This document shows, one piece after another, positions 1 to 13,299 of a DNA stretch of 64,000 bases. A program made the translations under genes and the position numbers. The DNA comes from Octopus vulgaris (Eukaryota). Each line of letters opens with the position of its first letter. The stretch's first letter is position 1. The notes beneath the pieces are model-generated. The model did no database searches and was not told the DNA's origin. It saw only the letters and a program-made list of their open reading frames with translations. The stretch is from assembly GCA_951406725.2 (NCBI GenBank), contig OX597833.1, positions 1,736,001 to 1,800,000 of the forward strand, given 5' to 3'.

Positions 1-221
<221 letters not shown>

Positions 222-316
222 ATGGTCTTTGGCATGTTGGTAGAGTATGGAGGACTGTTTTCTGTCGTAATTTGACTTTTTATTCTGCAGCACGGCTTTT
301 AAGGATGCTTCAGTCC

Positions 317-515
317 TATAAATGCACACACATATGCATGTGGGTGACTCTCTCACTCTAGGTGTGACTCTGAAGTAAGAAGCTTGCTTCCCAACCGCAT
401 GGTTTCGGATTCAGTCCTACTGCATTGCTTCTTGGACGAGTTTCTTCTACCATAATCTCGGACCGAACAGAGCCTAGTGAGTTGATTTGCTAGACGGAAG
501 CTGAAAAAAATCGTC

Positions 516-520
<5 letters not shown>
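317..520 (+). repeat. Left arm of a local inverted duplication (unique flank plus degraded SINE-A head)
   Basis: Near-exact reverse complement of 1743-1946, sharing private SINE mutations and the non-SINE flank. Confidence 0.9.
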
Positions 521-580
<60 letters not shown>

Positions 581-588
<8 letters not shown>

Positions 589-1527
589 TGTATAAGTATA
601 TGTAGAGGTAGGTACGTACATATATGTTTATATATATGCATATGTTTTATTTCATTTATTAATATATTATATGATGAAACGCACGCACCCCCTTAAGTAA
701 GATTGTTCTGTATATCAAGTTTTGGTCTTGATATTAACTCTGACGCGCACTCTTAACCTTTCTGTCCCATCCCTTTCTCAGCCTTCATTCTTTGATTTCT
801 TTTTCCTCTACTTAACTTGTTTCCTCCTCCCTCTCATTCTTCACTCTCTCTCTCCCCCTCACGATTCTTCATGGTTTCCTCGCAGCCATTCCCCTTCTTC
901 TCTCCCTTTCTCTTGCTCCTCCTCCCCCCTTCCTGTCGTTCATCCGCGACGATATTTCCGCTCTGACTGTCTTTCTGGCCTGGCCTTTCAAGGTAGTGGA
1001 CGACATTCTTCCTGCTCCTCTGTCGTTCACAAAAAATTCTGCGTTTGCAATACTTGTTTTCGTTCGGCGTCAACAGCCCTTCTTATCTTGTTTTTCCTTG
1101 TTCTGTCTTTTACTGTTTATATTTTGTACTGTCGTTACTGTCCTGTTTTTTTACCATTTTTTTACCATTTTTTACTCCTCTGCGAAAAGATCTCAGAATT
1201 TTAATTAATTTGCTTTTCGCAGGAAGGAAAGTTTCTTGTCGAAGATACGTCTCGCTTTTATCCTTTGAAACGTAGAGTAGATGAAACCATAGCGACTGAA
1301 GAAGGGATTTTTTCTTAGTGTTAATTGTCCTGTACTCCATTTTTTGTAGTTTTTTTAAAAAAAATGTCCAGTTCCTTTTGGTTTGTGTCTATGTTTTCGT
1401 TTCTCTTTGTGTTCGACGTCCCTTTGGTGTCCTGTACTCATATATGCGTGTATATGTACATGTAGAGGTAGGTACGTACATATATGTTTATATATATGCA
1501 TATGTTTAATTTCATTTATTAATATAT
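581..1527 (+). mobile_element. Non-coding element with ~87-bp terminal direct repeats inside (TA)n; probable PLE pseudo-LTR
   Basis: 581-667 is about equal to 1441-1527 (tatatgcgtg...gtagaggtaggtacgtac...ttcatttattaatatat). Pyrimidine-rich body; GAAA..CTGAAGA motif at 1267-1302. PLE identity is inferred. Confidence 0.55.
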
Positions 1528-1604
1528 ATATATATATATATAGATAGATAGATAGATAGATGTATATATATACATGTGCATATACAAATACATGCACATA
1601 TACG

Positions 1605-1644
<40 letters not shown>

Positions 1645-1707
1645 CGTATATGTGCATGTATTTGTATATGTACATGTATATATATACATCTATCTATCTA
1701 CTATCTA

Positions 1708-1742
<35 letters not shown>

Positions 1743-1748
<6 letters not shown>

Positions 1749-1946
1749 GACGATTTTTTCAGCTTCCGTCTAGCAAATCAACTCACTAGGCTCTGTTCGG
1801 TCCGAGATTATGGTAGAAGAAACTCGTCCAAGATGCAATGCAGTAGGACTGAATCCGAAACCATGCGGTTGGGAAGCAAGCTTCTTACTTCAGAGTCACT
1901 CCTAGAGTGAGAGAGTCACCCACACGCATATGTGTGTGCATTTATA
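1743..1946 (-). repeat. Right arm of the inverted duplication of 317-520
   Basis: Reverse-complement match with only a few mismatches. Confidence 0.9.
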
Positions 1947-1970
1947 TATGTTATATATGATATATATATA

Positions 1971-2340
1971 GGCGCAGGAGTGGCTGTGTGGTAAGTAGCT
2001 TGCTAACCAACCACACGGTTGCGGGTTCAGTCCCACTGCGTGGCATCTTGGGCAAGTGTCTTCTGCTATAGCCCCGGGCCGACCAATGCCTTGTGAGTGG
2101 ATTTGGTAGACGGAAACTGAAAGAAGCCTGTCGTATATATGTATATATATGTATATGTGTGTGTGTTTGTGTGTCTGTGTTTGTCCCCCTAGCATTACTT
2201 GACAACCGATGCTGATGTGTTTAGGTCCCCGTCACTTAGCGGTTCGGCAAAAAAGAGACCGATAGAATAAGTACTAAAAGGTGGTGCTCCAGCATGGCCG
2301 CAGTCAAATGACTGAAACAAGTAAAAGAGTAAAGAGAGAG
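1971..2340 (+). mobile_element. tRNA-derived SINE family A
   Basis: Head ggcgcaggagTGGCTGTGTGG (A box) ... GGGTTCAGTCCC (B box), internal TA/TG microsatellite, tail ...gactgaaacaagtaaaagag; many copies in the window. Confidence 0.9.
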
Positions 2341-3779
2341 TATATGACAAATGTCTATTACGGCGCTACTTAGATTGAATATTCCTGCGAGAACACCTGC
2401 AATATTAGGAATTAATCATTTTTGCACAGACCATCAAAATATCTAAAGTTCCTCTGTATATACGTGACAAGTAACGAAAGTAAAATAACTTCAGTAATGA
2501 ATGTATTTATAATTTATGGACATTTTTGCAACTCCAGGTGGCATCTCATGTCTTATGGTTGCCTGTAGCATCTTCAACGAAAATATATATAAAGCCGTCG
2601 GGCTTTCCGTTATGGTGCCTGTGTGGCTAAAGTCTTTTGACTGAATTTAACTGTCGGCAGCTGTGGGGAAGCGCGTCTTTCCTACATACATATATAAATA
2701 CATACATACGTATATATATATAAATATATACATATAAATATATCATTCAACTACGGTAGTAGTTGAATAATATTCTTAAGACCGCAATTTACTCGCACGC
2801 AGCACCTTTCAGAGCTTGTCGCGAATTCAGTTCTTATCGAAATTTTAAAATGTTAAAATCTTTGAAGAGGACTAGTTCCTAACTACATTTTGGTGTAAGA
2901 AATTAAAATTTGATCCAATAGAAAAAATAGTTACATCAAAATTTGTAGCAATATTACAGGTGAGTAAGAAACGACACCAATCAAGTTTAGATCTATATAA
3001 CTTTTGTTTTTATTTTTGAAATCAAATATTTTTATCTTAGGTTCAATGATAGATGAAAGCATGAAGAATTTTATAGTTCTGTTCCCATGCAACAAAAATT
3101 TCTATGAAAAACATTGTGAGGTAAAATATCATGAAACAAATATAAGTAAGGCCAAAAAATTGGATTTAGGTTTAATTATGTTTTTTTTTTTAAATTTTAA
3201 AAGCAAACTATATTTTAATTAAGCTTAAATGATAGAACTCACTTCGAGAAATCTCGTGGTATCAATCTCATGCAATGAAATTTTAAAAGAAAAAGATATG
3301 AGTATTTGTTTCTCAAATTTGAGGGTGATAATATAGTTCTATACTTTTTTATGAATGTAATTCCATAAGGGACATTTAATATATGTCACCAGCGTCATTG
3401 AGGTAAGGAAATAATCATTAACTCATTAACGGCACCACTAATTGACATATTTGACACATTATCAATTAGCATGATAGTATAGCCTGGAAAACACATGGAT
3501 TACTTAGAAAAATGCGAGCAAGAGAAATAATATTCTTAAGATTATAAACCTGGAAAATTACAGGACAAGTTATTACACCTTAAAAAGTTCAGGACGACTT
3601 ATATCTGGTAAAGTACAAAACAAGAAAATTTTTATTTAAAATGTTGCAGCTAAGGATAAAAATTCAATATTAAAAATTATTCGATTTTAATTTACAAAGT
3701 AACATTATAATTAAAAAAGGTAACACCATTTTGCTAAACTATCGACACAGTAGAATACTTTAAAAAAATAAGAACTGGA

Positions 3780-3944
3780 GGCGCAGGAGTGGCTGCGTGG
3801 TAAGTAGCTTGCTTACCAACCACATTGTTCCGGGTTCAGTCCCACTGCGTGGCATCTTCGGCAAGTGTCTTCTGCTATAGCCCCGGGCCGACCAATGCCT
3901 TGTGGGTGGATTTGGTAGACGAAAACTGAAAGAAGCTTGTCGTA

Positions 3945-3989
<45 letters not shown>

Positions 3990-4200
3990 ATATGTTTGTG
4001 TGTCTGTGTTTGTCCCGCTAGCATTGCTTGACAACCGATGCTGGTGTGTTTACGTCCCCGTCACTTAGCGGCTCGGCAGAAGATACCGATAGAATAAGTA
4101 CTGGGCTTACAAAGAATAAGTCATGGGGTCGATTTGCTCGACTAAAGGCGGTGCTCCAGCATGGCCGCAGTCAAATGACTGAAACAAGTAAAAGAGAGAG
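3780..4200 (+). mobile_element. SINE family A, full length
   Basis: Same head, internal microsatellite and tail as 1971-2340. Confidence 0.92.
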
Positions 4201-4646
4201 TACCAATATAGCTAAAGTTTTATGTCAAGTAGAATACTGTGTATGATAGGAAAATTCATTATGTAAAAAATAGGCAATAGGTCAAGACTAGAAATGTGAA
4301 GTCTTGGCAATAACCTAGGCAACACATCTAGCTAATTCTGCTGTGAAATTGTTGTTAAAGCTAAATTTTACTGTAATATATAACTAATTTTTGTATTATT
4401 CTATTTATTGTACTAACTAATTATGTTCTTCTATTATTTTTTATTACCTATTTTCAGATTTTTAATTATCAATTGATAATTAAAAAGATGACTTTTTTTG
4501 AAGTGCAATATTTCTAAACATTTAATAGAAACAACAAGTAATAACAAATAGAAGTAATAACTCTTAATAAAATTTTTAGTTTTAATTAAAGCTAATATTT
4601 TCTAAATCTAAATATTTTATTTGAAATTTCATCCTTAGCTGCAATA

Positions 4647-4950
4647 TCTTTATATATAAAAGTGAAGTTGTGTGAGTGTCTGTCTCCTACAATTTAGATT
4701 CCTAACTACTCCCACATTTTGCGGTGCAGTTTAACCAAAAGCGGGTATCTTATAGTCGTGATTCATATCAAGCCCTCCTGGGTATTAGCGCGCGTCTACG
4801 ATGAGTCTACGATTTAAAAAATAATTTACCATCATTTTTTTCCATTTCTAATGCATTTTTTTTGCTATTATATAAGGGAAGTAACTCTCTAAAAATGCTT
4901 ATATTGTTATTTCCCTTACAAATCCGAGCAACGCCGGGCGATACTGCTAG
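4647..4950 (+). mobile_element. Non-autonomous Helitron
   Basis: 5' TC, 3' GC-rich hairpin (ccgagcaacgccggg) then CTAG, inserted between A and T with no TSD; homologous copies at 56118 and 59254. Confidence 0.88.
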
Positions 4951-5094
4951 TTTTAAGTAAAAATTTTCTTGTTCTGTGCATTACCAGATGTAATAAGTTG
5001 TCCTTAACTTTTCCAAGTGTAATAACTTGTCCTGTAATTTTCCAGGTTTGCAATCTTAAGAATATTATTTCCCGTGCTCGCAATTTTTCATGTG

Positions 5095-5345
5095 ATGTGT
5101 GTGTATTTATGTGCATTCGTGTGTATGCCTTGCTGTCTGTTTTTGTCACAAATCAAAGCTTGAAAACCGGTGTTGGTTTATTCATGTCAATGTGACATAA
5201 TGGTTCAGCAAAGTGACCGATAGAATAAATATCGGAATTAAAATATAAAACTGGTACGAAGGTGAGTTTGTTCGGCCAACCACTAGCAATGGGACGCCTC
5301 ATCATAGCATTAATCTAATGACTGAAACCAGTAAATCAAAAACAA
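5095..5345 (+). mobile_element. Degraded 3' half of an old SINE-A-like copy
   Basis: cttgaaaaccggtgttggttta...gaccgatagaataa...aatgactgaaac resembles the SINE-A tail. Confidence 0.6.
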
Positions 5346-5454
5346 GCCATAACAACACTGCCACCCAATTGCATCCACCCGAAAAATGCACAAAGCATTT
5401 ATAGTAAGTATATGTAATTAGTAATATATACTCATATACACACTTACACACAAA

Positions 5455-6233
5455 GGCGGCTAGTTGGCAGAAACGTTAGCATGCCGGGCGAAATGCTTAG
5501 CGGTATTTCGTCTGCCGTTATGTTCTGAGTTCAAATTCCGCCAAGGCCGACTTTGCCTTTCATCATTTCGGGGTCGGTAAATTAAGTACCAGTTACGCAC
5601 TGGGGTCGATATAATCGACTTAATCCGTTTGTCTCTACTTGTTTGTCCTCTCTGTATTTCGCCCTTTGTGGGTAGTAAAGAAATAGAAATAGGTATTTCG
5701 TCTGCCGTTACGTTCTGAGTTCAAACTCCGCCGAGGTCGACTTTGCCTTTCATCCTTTCGGGGTCAATTAAATAAGTACCAGTTACGCACTGGGGTTGAT
5801 ATAATCGATTTAATCCGTTTGTTTGTGCTTGTTTGTCCCTTCTGTGTTTAGCCCCTTGTGGGCAGTAAAGAAATAGGTACTTCGTCTGCCGTTACGTTCT
5901 GAGTTCAAATTCCGCCAAGGTCGACTTTGCCTTTCATCCTTTCGGGGTCGGTAAATTAAGTACCAGTTACGTACTGAGGTCGATGTAATCGACTTAATCC
6001 GTTTGTTTGTCCTTGTTTGTCCTCTCTGTGTTTAGCCCCTTGTGGGTAGTACAGAAATAGAAATAGGTATTTTGTTTGTCTTTACGTTCTGAGTTCAAAT
6101 TCCGCCGAGGTCGACTTTGCCTTCGTCGTTTCTGGGTCAATAAATTAAGTACCAGCTGCATACTGGGGGTGATCTAATCGACTGGTGCACTCCCCCAAAA
6201 ATTCGGGCATTGTGCCTAGAGTAGAAAAGAATA
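5455..6233 (+). mobile_element. SINE family B: one head plus four tandem body units
   Basis: Head ggcggc..tggcagaaacgttagc; units start at 5503, 5693, 5877 and 6067, each with GAGTTCAAATTCC (B box) and gcctttcatcctttcggggtcg; the last unit has an alternative tail. Confidence 0.9.
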
Positions 6234-6258
6234 TATACATACATACATATATACATAC

Positions 6259-6313
<55 letters not shown>

Positions 6314-6316
6314 TAC

Positions 6317-6365
<49 letters not shown>

Positions 6366-6369
6366 TATT

Positions 6370-6740
6370 GCAGGCATGGTTGTGTGGTAAGAAGCCTGCT
6401 TCCCAACCACATGCTTCCGGGTTCAGTCCCAGGGCAGCCTTGGGCTGACCAAAATCTCCTGAGTGGATGAGTGGATTTGGTTGACGGAAACTGAAAGAAT
6501 CCCGTCGGATATATGTGTGTGTCCGTGTGTGAACGTGTGCATTTGTGTGTGTAACTCTGTGTCTGGTGTTGATGTGTTTATGTCCCCGTAACTTTGCAGC
6601 TTATCGAAAAAACTAATAGAATTCGTATTAGGCTTTAGAAAAATAAATCCTGAATTCGAGGTTTTCCACAAAAACCAATTGAACATGGTGCTCCAGCATG
6701 GCAGCTGTGGAATAATTGAAACAAGTACAACAATGAAACA
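6370..6740 (+). mobile_element. Diverged SINE family A copy
   Basis: tggttgtgtggtaagaagc...gggttcagtccc...ggtgctccagcatggc. Confidence 0.8.
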
Positions 6741-6755
6741 GTATATACATGTATA

Positions 6756-7005
6756 GGCGTAGGAGTGGTTGTGCGATTAGTAGCTTGCTTACGAACCACA
6801 TGGTTCCGGGTTCAGTCCAACTGCGTGTGGACCAAAGCCTTGTGAGTGGATTCGGTAGATGGAAATTGAAAGAAACCCATCGTATATATGTATATATACA
6901 TATATATATATATGTGTGTATGTGTGTGTGTATATGTTTGTGTGTATCTGTTTGTACCCCCAACATTGCTTGATGGTGGTGTGTTTACGTCTCCGTAACC
7001 TGGCG
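6756..7005 (+). mobile_element. SINE family A, 3'-truncated at a SINE-B copy
   Basis: ggcgtaggagtggttgtg head; the match ends where the SINE-B copy begins. Confidence 0.8.
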
Positions 7006-7250
7006 GAACGTAATGACGGGTGAAATACCTATTTCTTTACTACCCACAAGGGGCTAAACACAGAGGGGACAAACAAATAGATACAAACGGATTAAGTCGA
7101 TTATACCGACCCCAGTGCGTAACTGGTACTTAATTTATCGATCCGGAAATGATGAAAGGCAAAGTCGACCTCGGCGGAATTTGAACTCCGGACATAAAGA
7201 CAAACAAAATACCGCTAAGCGCTAATTCCTAGGTTTCGCCCGGCGAGCTA
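7005..7250 (-). mobile_element. SINE family B
   Basis: Reverse complement of the B body unit. Confidence 0.85.
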
Positions 7251-7744
7251 ATTCCTAGATTGACATAGAAGATTGCTTGAAATATATGTTCCTTCCATTT
7301 GGAAATCGGTGCACGTATTTAATCTTATTGGAGACGCATCAATACTATTGATTTTTGGAAAGCATTGGTATCGAGAACAAAGCGGAAAAAATAAATTTAT
7401 GAATTTCTTATGAATTCACAAACGGAAATTTAATCTAGAATTGATTCTCCATGAAGCACCATAATTTTATTGTTTTTATCTGAAAATGCGAAATATGATT
7501 CCAAGAGCACAGGCACACATGCACACACACACACACACTCACACACACGGACACAAACACACACAAATATATATATATATATATACAACTTCGTATGTGT
7601 GCATATGTGCATGAAATAGCTATGTATGCATGCACGAGTATCTGATACTGCACTCAAATGAAATACCCGAATGCTACAGAAAGAATGTGTCTTATCAATG
7701 ACAAAAGACATTAAAAACACGCCGCTTACATATATATACACACG

Positions 7745-7807
<63 letters not shown>

Positions 7808-7871
7808 CCAAACGTTTATATATAAGTAAATTTGCACACATATACATATAGCTATATATCAAATATACATG

Positions 7872-7907
<36 letters not shown>

Positions 7908-8071
7908 TATGCTTCTATATACATACATACATTCATATATATATATAAATTAAACTAAATATTTATATATCATTAATTGTATATGCGTATACATATAGTT
8001 ATATATACATATATACATGGATCTATCTATCTATCAATCTATCTCTCTCTCTCTATATATATATATATATT

Positions 8072-8103
<32 letters not shown>

Positions 8104-8150
8104 TGTATATATATATATATATATATACATATGCTTTTATAAACAAACAT

Positions 8151-8213
<63 letters not shown>

Positions 8214-8245
8214 CAGAGAGATAGAGAGAGATTTTCATATATATG

Positions 8246-8276
<31 letters not shown>

Positions 8277-9265
8277 GTAAATGTATATATACATGTTTAT
8301 GTATGTATATGCATAATGAATACAAAACCGCCGCACACAGATGCAAATATATTTATGCATATCAATATTTCGATTATAATTTATGCGGATGTCATAATAG
8401 CAGAATATAGATTGTTCACCTTCCTTTTCATAATTTATTATTTCACATTCAGCAGTTTTTAATTACGTAACGCTTCAACGTCAGAGGACGTATAGAAGAG
8501 TTTAAGATAACTCCACGACCAACACTAGCATCACAACCAACACCAGAACCACCACCAGCGTCAATAAACGCAACCGTACATCACCAATATGGTTGACATT
8601 AGCAGCATCGGTTGGGTAGCGAGAAAACTGACTATAAAATGTAATCATATGAATTAAGATATAGGGAGGGATATTTACAATCTAGAATTATGGCCAGTGC
8701 TACGGTAAATATGATTTACGAAGATAACCGATATTAGCGGTTATTGCGTAATTATGATATAACTAACAGACGCACGATCCTCTTCGTCGTTCGTCATGTC
8801 GTCGTCGACGTGATGGTCATTATCATGGCCATCGTTGGTATCATTCTTCAGCCTGAGAAGAATCGTCCCTCAGTTTTGGGATGTTCACTATCAGCCTTAT
8901 CAAAAAATAGCACATTGATAACGGCCAATTAAGAACTATCCATATGAGTGTGTGTTTGCATACATATGTACATATGAATGTATACGCATACATATATACT
9001 TATTCATGCAAACACACATCCATATACACTTATGCATATATATACATATATATATATATGCTTATATATGTATATATAAATATATATATATACGTATATA
9101 GGTATATATAGATATATAAACATAACTATTCATATACATACATACGTATGAATATATCTATATGTATGAATAATTGTGCCTGTTTATATACACACACATC
9201 CACATATATATGTATGTATGTATGTATATAAATATATAAATATATATATATATACACACAAACAT

Positions 9266-9296
<31 letters not shown>

Positions 9297-9509
9297 CATA
9301 CATACACACACGCACATATATATATATACATACATACACACACACACACACATATATACATACATACATACATACACACACACATATATGCACCTGTAAT
9401 ACGCCGCAACATAGCAACATACTCAAATACCTTCGTCTTCATGTTTTATGCATTTAATCTCCTGTCAATATTGCTTCGTTAATCTACTACCAAATATTGT
9501 CATAAATAT

Positions 9510-9534
9510 ATTATCATTATTATTATTATTATTA

Positions 9535-9625
<91 letters not shown>

Positions 9626-10004
9626 CATTATTATTATTTTTATTATTATTATTATTATCATTATTATTATTATTATTATCATTATTATTATTATCATTTT
9701 TATTATTATTATTGTTATTATTATCATTATTATTATTATTATCATTATTATTATTATCATTATTATTATTATCATCATCATCATCATCATTCTCATCATC
9801 ATCATCATCATCATCATCGTTATCATTATTATTATTATTATTATTATCATCATCATCATCATCATCATCATCCTCATCATCATCATCATTATCATTATTA
9901 TTATCATTATCATCATCAGCATCATCATCCTCATCATCATCCTCATCATCATCATCCTCATCATCATCATCATCCTCATCATCATCTTCATTATTATTAT
10001 TATT

Positions 10005-10035
<31 letters not shown>

Positions 10036-10143
10036 CCATCCTCATCATCATCATCATCATCATTATCATTATTATTATCATTATTATTATTATCATCATC
10101 ATCATCATCATCATCACCATCCTCATCATCATCATCATCATCA

Positions 10144-10182
<39 letters not shown>

Positions 10183-10219
10183 TGTCATTATTATTATTAT
10201 TATCATCATCACCATCATC

Positions 10220-10287
<68 letters not shown>

Positions 10288-10365
10288 TATTATTATTATT
10301 ACCAATATCAGCAGCATCAGCATCACCAACATCATTGTTGTTATCATCATCATCATTTTGATTAT
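9510..10365. repeat. Long compound (ATT)n/(ATC)n microsatellite
   Basis: Direct reading; source of the poly-L/S/H ORF. Confidence 0.95.
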
Positions 10366-10686
10366 TATTCTCAGAGTTTTCTTTTATGTTAATATTAATA
10401 GCATTGTTGCTCTGTCTCGCTGTAGTTATTGTTGTTGTTTATTTCTTTACGAATAATATATATTTATTAAATTTGACTTTCACCATCCACCACTCTCATT
10501 CTCTTTCTTCGTCTCTCAGGCATTCTAGCATTATCTTCTATCTATATGTTTCTGTGCCACGCACGCGCACACACACACGTACACACACACATAAATAAAT
10601 ATTTATTATATATTATTAAAGCTCTAAAATCATCAGAGGACTCTTAATCAGAGTTTCACGTTCCCGATCGTCGGACATTTGTAATG

Positions 10687-10776
<90 letters not shown>

Positions 10777-10777
10777 A

Positions 10778-10800
<23 letters not shown>

Positions 10801-10808
<8 letters not shown>

Positions 10809-10974
10809 CCTCTGTCTTCCCTTCTCTGGATCTTTCCTTCTCCTATGTTTCCGACGAAGAGCTCCGCTCGAAATGTTAAACCCTCCTTCTTCCTTTCTTT
10901 TCTGAGCGTCCAATAATACTATATTTGTTCCGCGTCCTCGCGTTGTTGTGTTTTTTGTGTTTTCTTGTTTGGAT

Positions 10975-10980
<6 letters not shown>
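10801..10980 (+). mobile_element. Hammerhead-bearing PLE-type stub (family E1) within (TA)n
   Basis: Flanked by (TA)n on both sides; contains the hammerhead motif at 10847-10881. Confidence 0.6.
10847..10881 (+). ncRNA. Minimal type-I hammerhead ribozyme motif (degenerate)
   Basis: GTTT-CCGACGA-A-GAGC tcc GCTC-GAAA-TG-TT-AAAC. Stems I and II pair; there is a U4C change and one stem III change. Confidence 0.6.
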
Positions 10981-11054
<74 letters not shown>

Positions 11055-11056
<2 letters not shown>

Positions 11057-11388
11057 CACAGACCACTTTCCAGACCCACATTTTCACACCTACACATACA
11101 CACACGCACACGTCAAGATCACGATCCCTCTTCTACACGCATATACTAATTCTCTTATACACGCGCACGCGCACCTTAGTTTTGGGATCATCACTACTTC
11201 ATTATCTCCCCTTTTCTCTAGCTCTCCTGTGTGACCCTTCTGTCCGGCATTCTTGTTTCTTTGTGTGGAAGAGCGTAGGCTCGAAACGTTAAAGACTTTT
11301 TCACTTCCCGAGCGTTATACTAGTTCATCTGTTTGTTGTTGAACACCACCTGTCTTTGTCTTTTGTTTTATTTTTGTGAATCCTCCCA
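11055..11388 (+). mobile_element. Hammerhead-bearing PLE-type stub (family E2) within (TA)n
   Basis: TCTTT-gtgtgga-A-GAGC gtag GCTC-GAAA-CG-TT-AAAGA at 11258-11295; tail homologous to the copies at 12211 and 44157. Confidence 0.65.
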
Positions 11389-11397
11389 ATATATATA

Positions 11398-11448
<51 letters not shown>

Positions 11449-11531
11449 AACATGTGTATATTATATATATCCATATATATATATATATATATATATATAG
11501 ATGTATACACACACACATACACACACATATA

Positions 11532-11588
<57 letters not shown>

Positions 11589-11648
11589 GGGGAGAGAGAG
11601 AGAGAAACAGATAGTGACAGAGATAGATAGATAGATAGATAGATAGAT

Positions 11649-11689
<41 letters not shown>

Positions 11690-12210
11690 CTGATGTTTAT
11701 ACACACAGATGTTCGCAGAGTTACATACAGCCACATATATATACACATATTTAGAAAACGGCAAAATTTTCATTTAAATTTTCCGTTTAAGATTTTATAT
11801 TTAATAAGTAATATAAAATTATATTCACTTTAATTTCAAAGAACCTTGAAAAAAATAAAGGGGTAATCTTTCCCTATACTTTCTTTCTCCGAATTTGATA
11901 TCAAATAATGCACGTTGTTATTAGTTTAAAATTTCTCAGTGAAATTTTCATACATATTCTTTAGATAGTGTTGGGCTAAACGCCTTAATCTAAAACAGCC
12001 TTGAATTTTGCTTCAGAGGCGCGGATGTGTGTCGTGGTCATGTGGTAAGAATTTTGCTTCCCAACTACTTGGTTCCGGGATCAATTTCATTTTCTGGCAA
12101 CATGGGGATTTGTTTTCCGGTATAGTTACGAGCCGACCAAATTTTATGAATGGATTTGATGGATGGAAACTGTAAAATGCCTGTCGCGTACATATATTTA
12201 GATATATATA

Positions 12211-12421
12211 ACGGGAAAGTTTACGAAAATAAACAAAAGACGAAGGCAAGTGGAAGACAAACAAACAAATGTATTAGTATGGCGCTCAGGAATAGAAATA
12301 GAAAAAGTCTTTTACGTTTCGAGCCTACGCTCTTCGACAGAAAGATACACAGAAAAGAAACACGGAGAGAAACAAGGAGAGAAAAAATGCGTGTAGGAGC
12401 TAACGATCTATCATGGCGTCC
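12211..12421 (-). mobile_element. Family E2 stub
   Basis: Highly similar to 44157-44356. Confidence 0.75.
12308..12345 (-). ncRNA. Minimal type-I hammerhead motif with A6U core variant
   Basis: TCTTT-CTGTCGA-A-GAGC gtag GCTC-GAAA-CG-TA-AAAGA on the minus strand. Confidence 0.65.
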
Positions 12422-12840
12422 ATATATATATGTGTGTGTATGTGTGTTTATCCTCTTCTGCCGCTCGACAACCGGTGTTTGCTTGATTTTACGTTCCCTT
12501 GACTTGGCAGTTTCGGTGAAAAAGAGCGGTAGGACTAGTACCAGTCTAAAATACAGTACTGGAGTCAATTCTTTGACTAAAACCATTTCAAACCGGTGCC
12601 CCAGAATGGTCACTAATAACAGACTCAAGTAATATATAAATGTAAAGATTCTATAATGTCAGTGTGCTGCATTGTACAATATTTACACTCCTTAGACGAC
12701 TTCTCCATAAACCTGGTTACGTTCTCCGTTCATCCTCAGTGTGTGTCTTTCTGGCTCATTTCAATCATACATAGCTGGTCTCTTTAGCAGGTCGTATAAC
12801 CACGAGAATTCTTTTTCATTTACGTGTATGTGTATGTGTA

Positions 12841-13230
12841 GTGGAGGCGTAATGGCCTAGTGGTTAGGGCAGCGGACTCGGGGTCATAGGATCGCGGTTT
12901 CGATTCCCAGACCGGGCGTTGTGAGTGTTTATTGAGCGAAAACACCTAAAGCTCCACGAGGCTCCGGCAGGGGATGGTGGTGATCCCTGCTGTACTCTTT
13001 CACCACAACTTTCTCTCACTTTTACTTCCTGTTTCTGTTGTACCTGTATTTCAAAGGGCCGGCCTTGTCACACTCTGTGTCACACTGAATATCCCCGAGA
13101 ACTACGTTAAGGGTACACGTTTCTGTGGAGTGCTCAGCCACTTACACGTTAATTTCACGAGCAGGCTGTTCAGTCGATTCGGATCAACCGGAACCCTCAT
13201 CGTCGTAACCGACGGAGTGCTTCCATTCCA
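12841..13230 (+). mobile_element. tRNA-derived SINE family C
   Basis: gtggaggcgtaaTGGCCTAGTGG...GGTTTCGATTCC head; tail ...accgacggagtgcttcca; five similar copies. Confidence 0.92.
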
Positions 13231-13299
13231 CTCCATGTGTATGTGTGGGTGTTATGTTATCATTTCAAAATTTGACAGAGAGGTAGCAATTTTAGGGGA

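Larger units (their letters stand above)
3505..5088. mobile_element. Old foldback/MITE-like element with long diverged inverted arms, interrupted by SINE-A and a Helitron
   Basis: 3511-3675 is the diverged reverse complement of 4615-4646 joined to 4951-5088 once the Helitron is removed. Confidence 0.7.
12016..12640 (+). mobile_element. Old SINE-A-like copy with an E2 stub nested in its internal microsatellite
   Basis: Head at 12016-12190 and tail at 12430-12640 flank the stub. Confidence 0.7.

Noticed and set aside
9448-10392. 314-aa poly-L/S/H ORF
   Set aside because: Translation of (ATT)n/(ATC)n microsatellite.
12841-12920. tRNA gene-like sequences at SINE heads
   Set aside because: A and B boxes are present but there is no proper acceptor stem, and they continue into multicopy SINE bodies.
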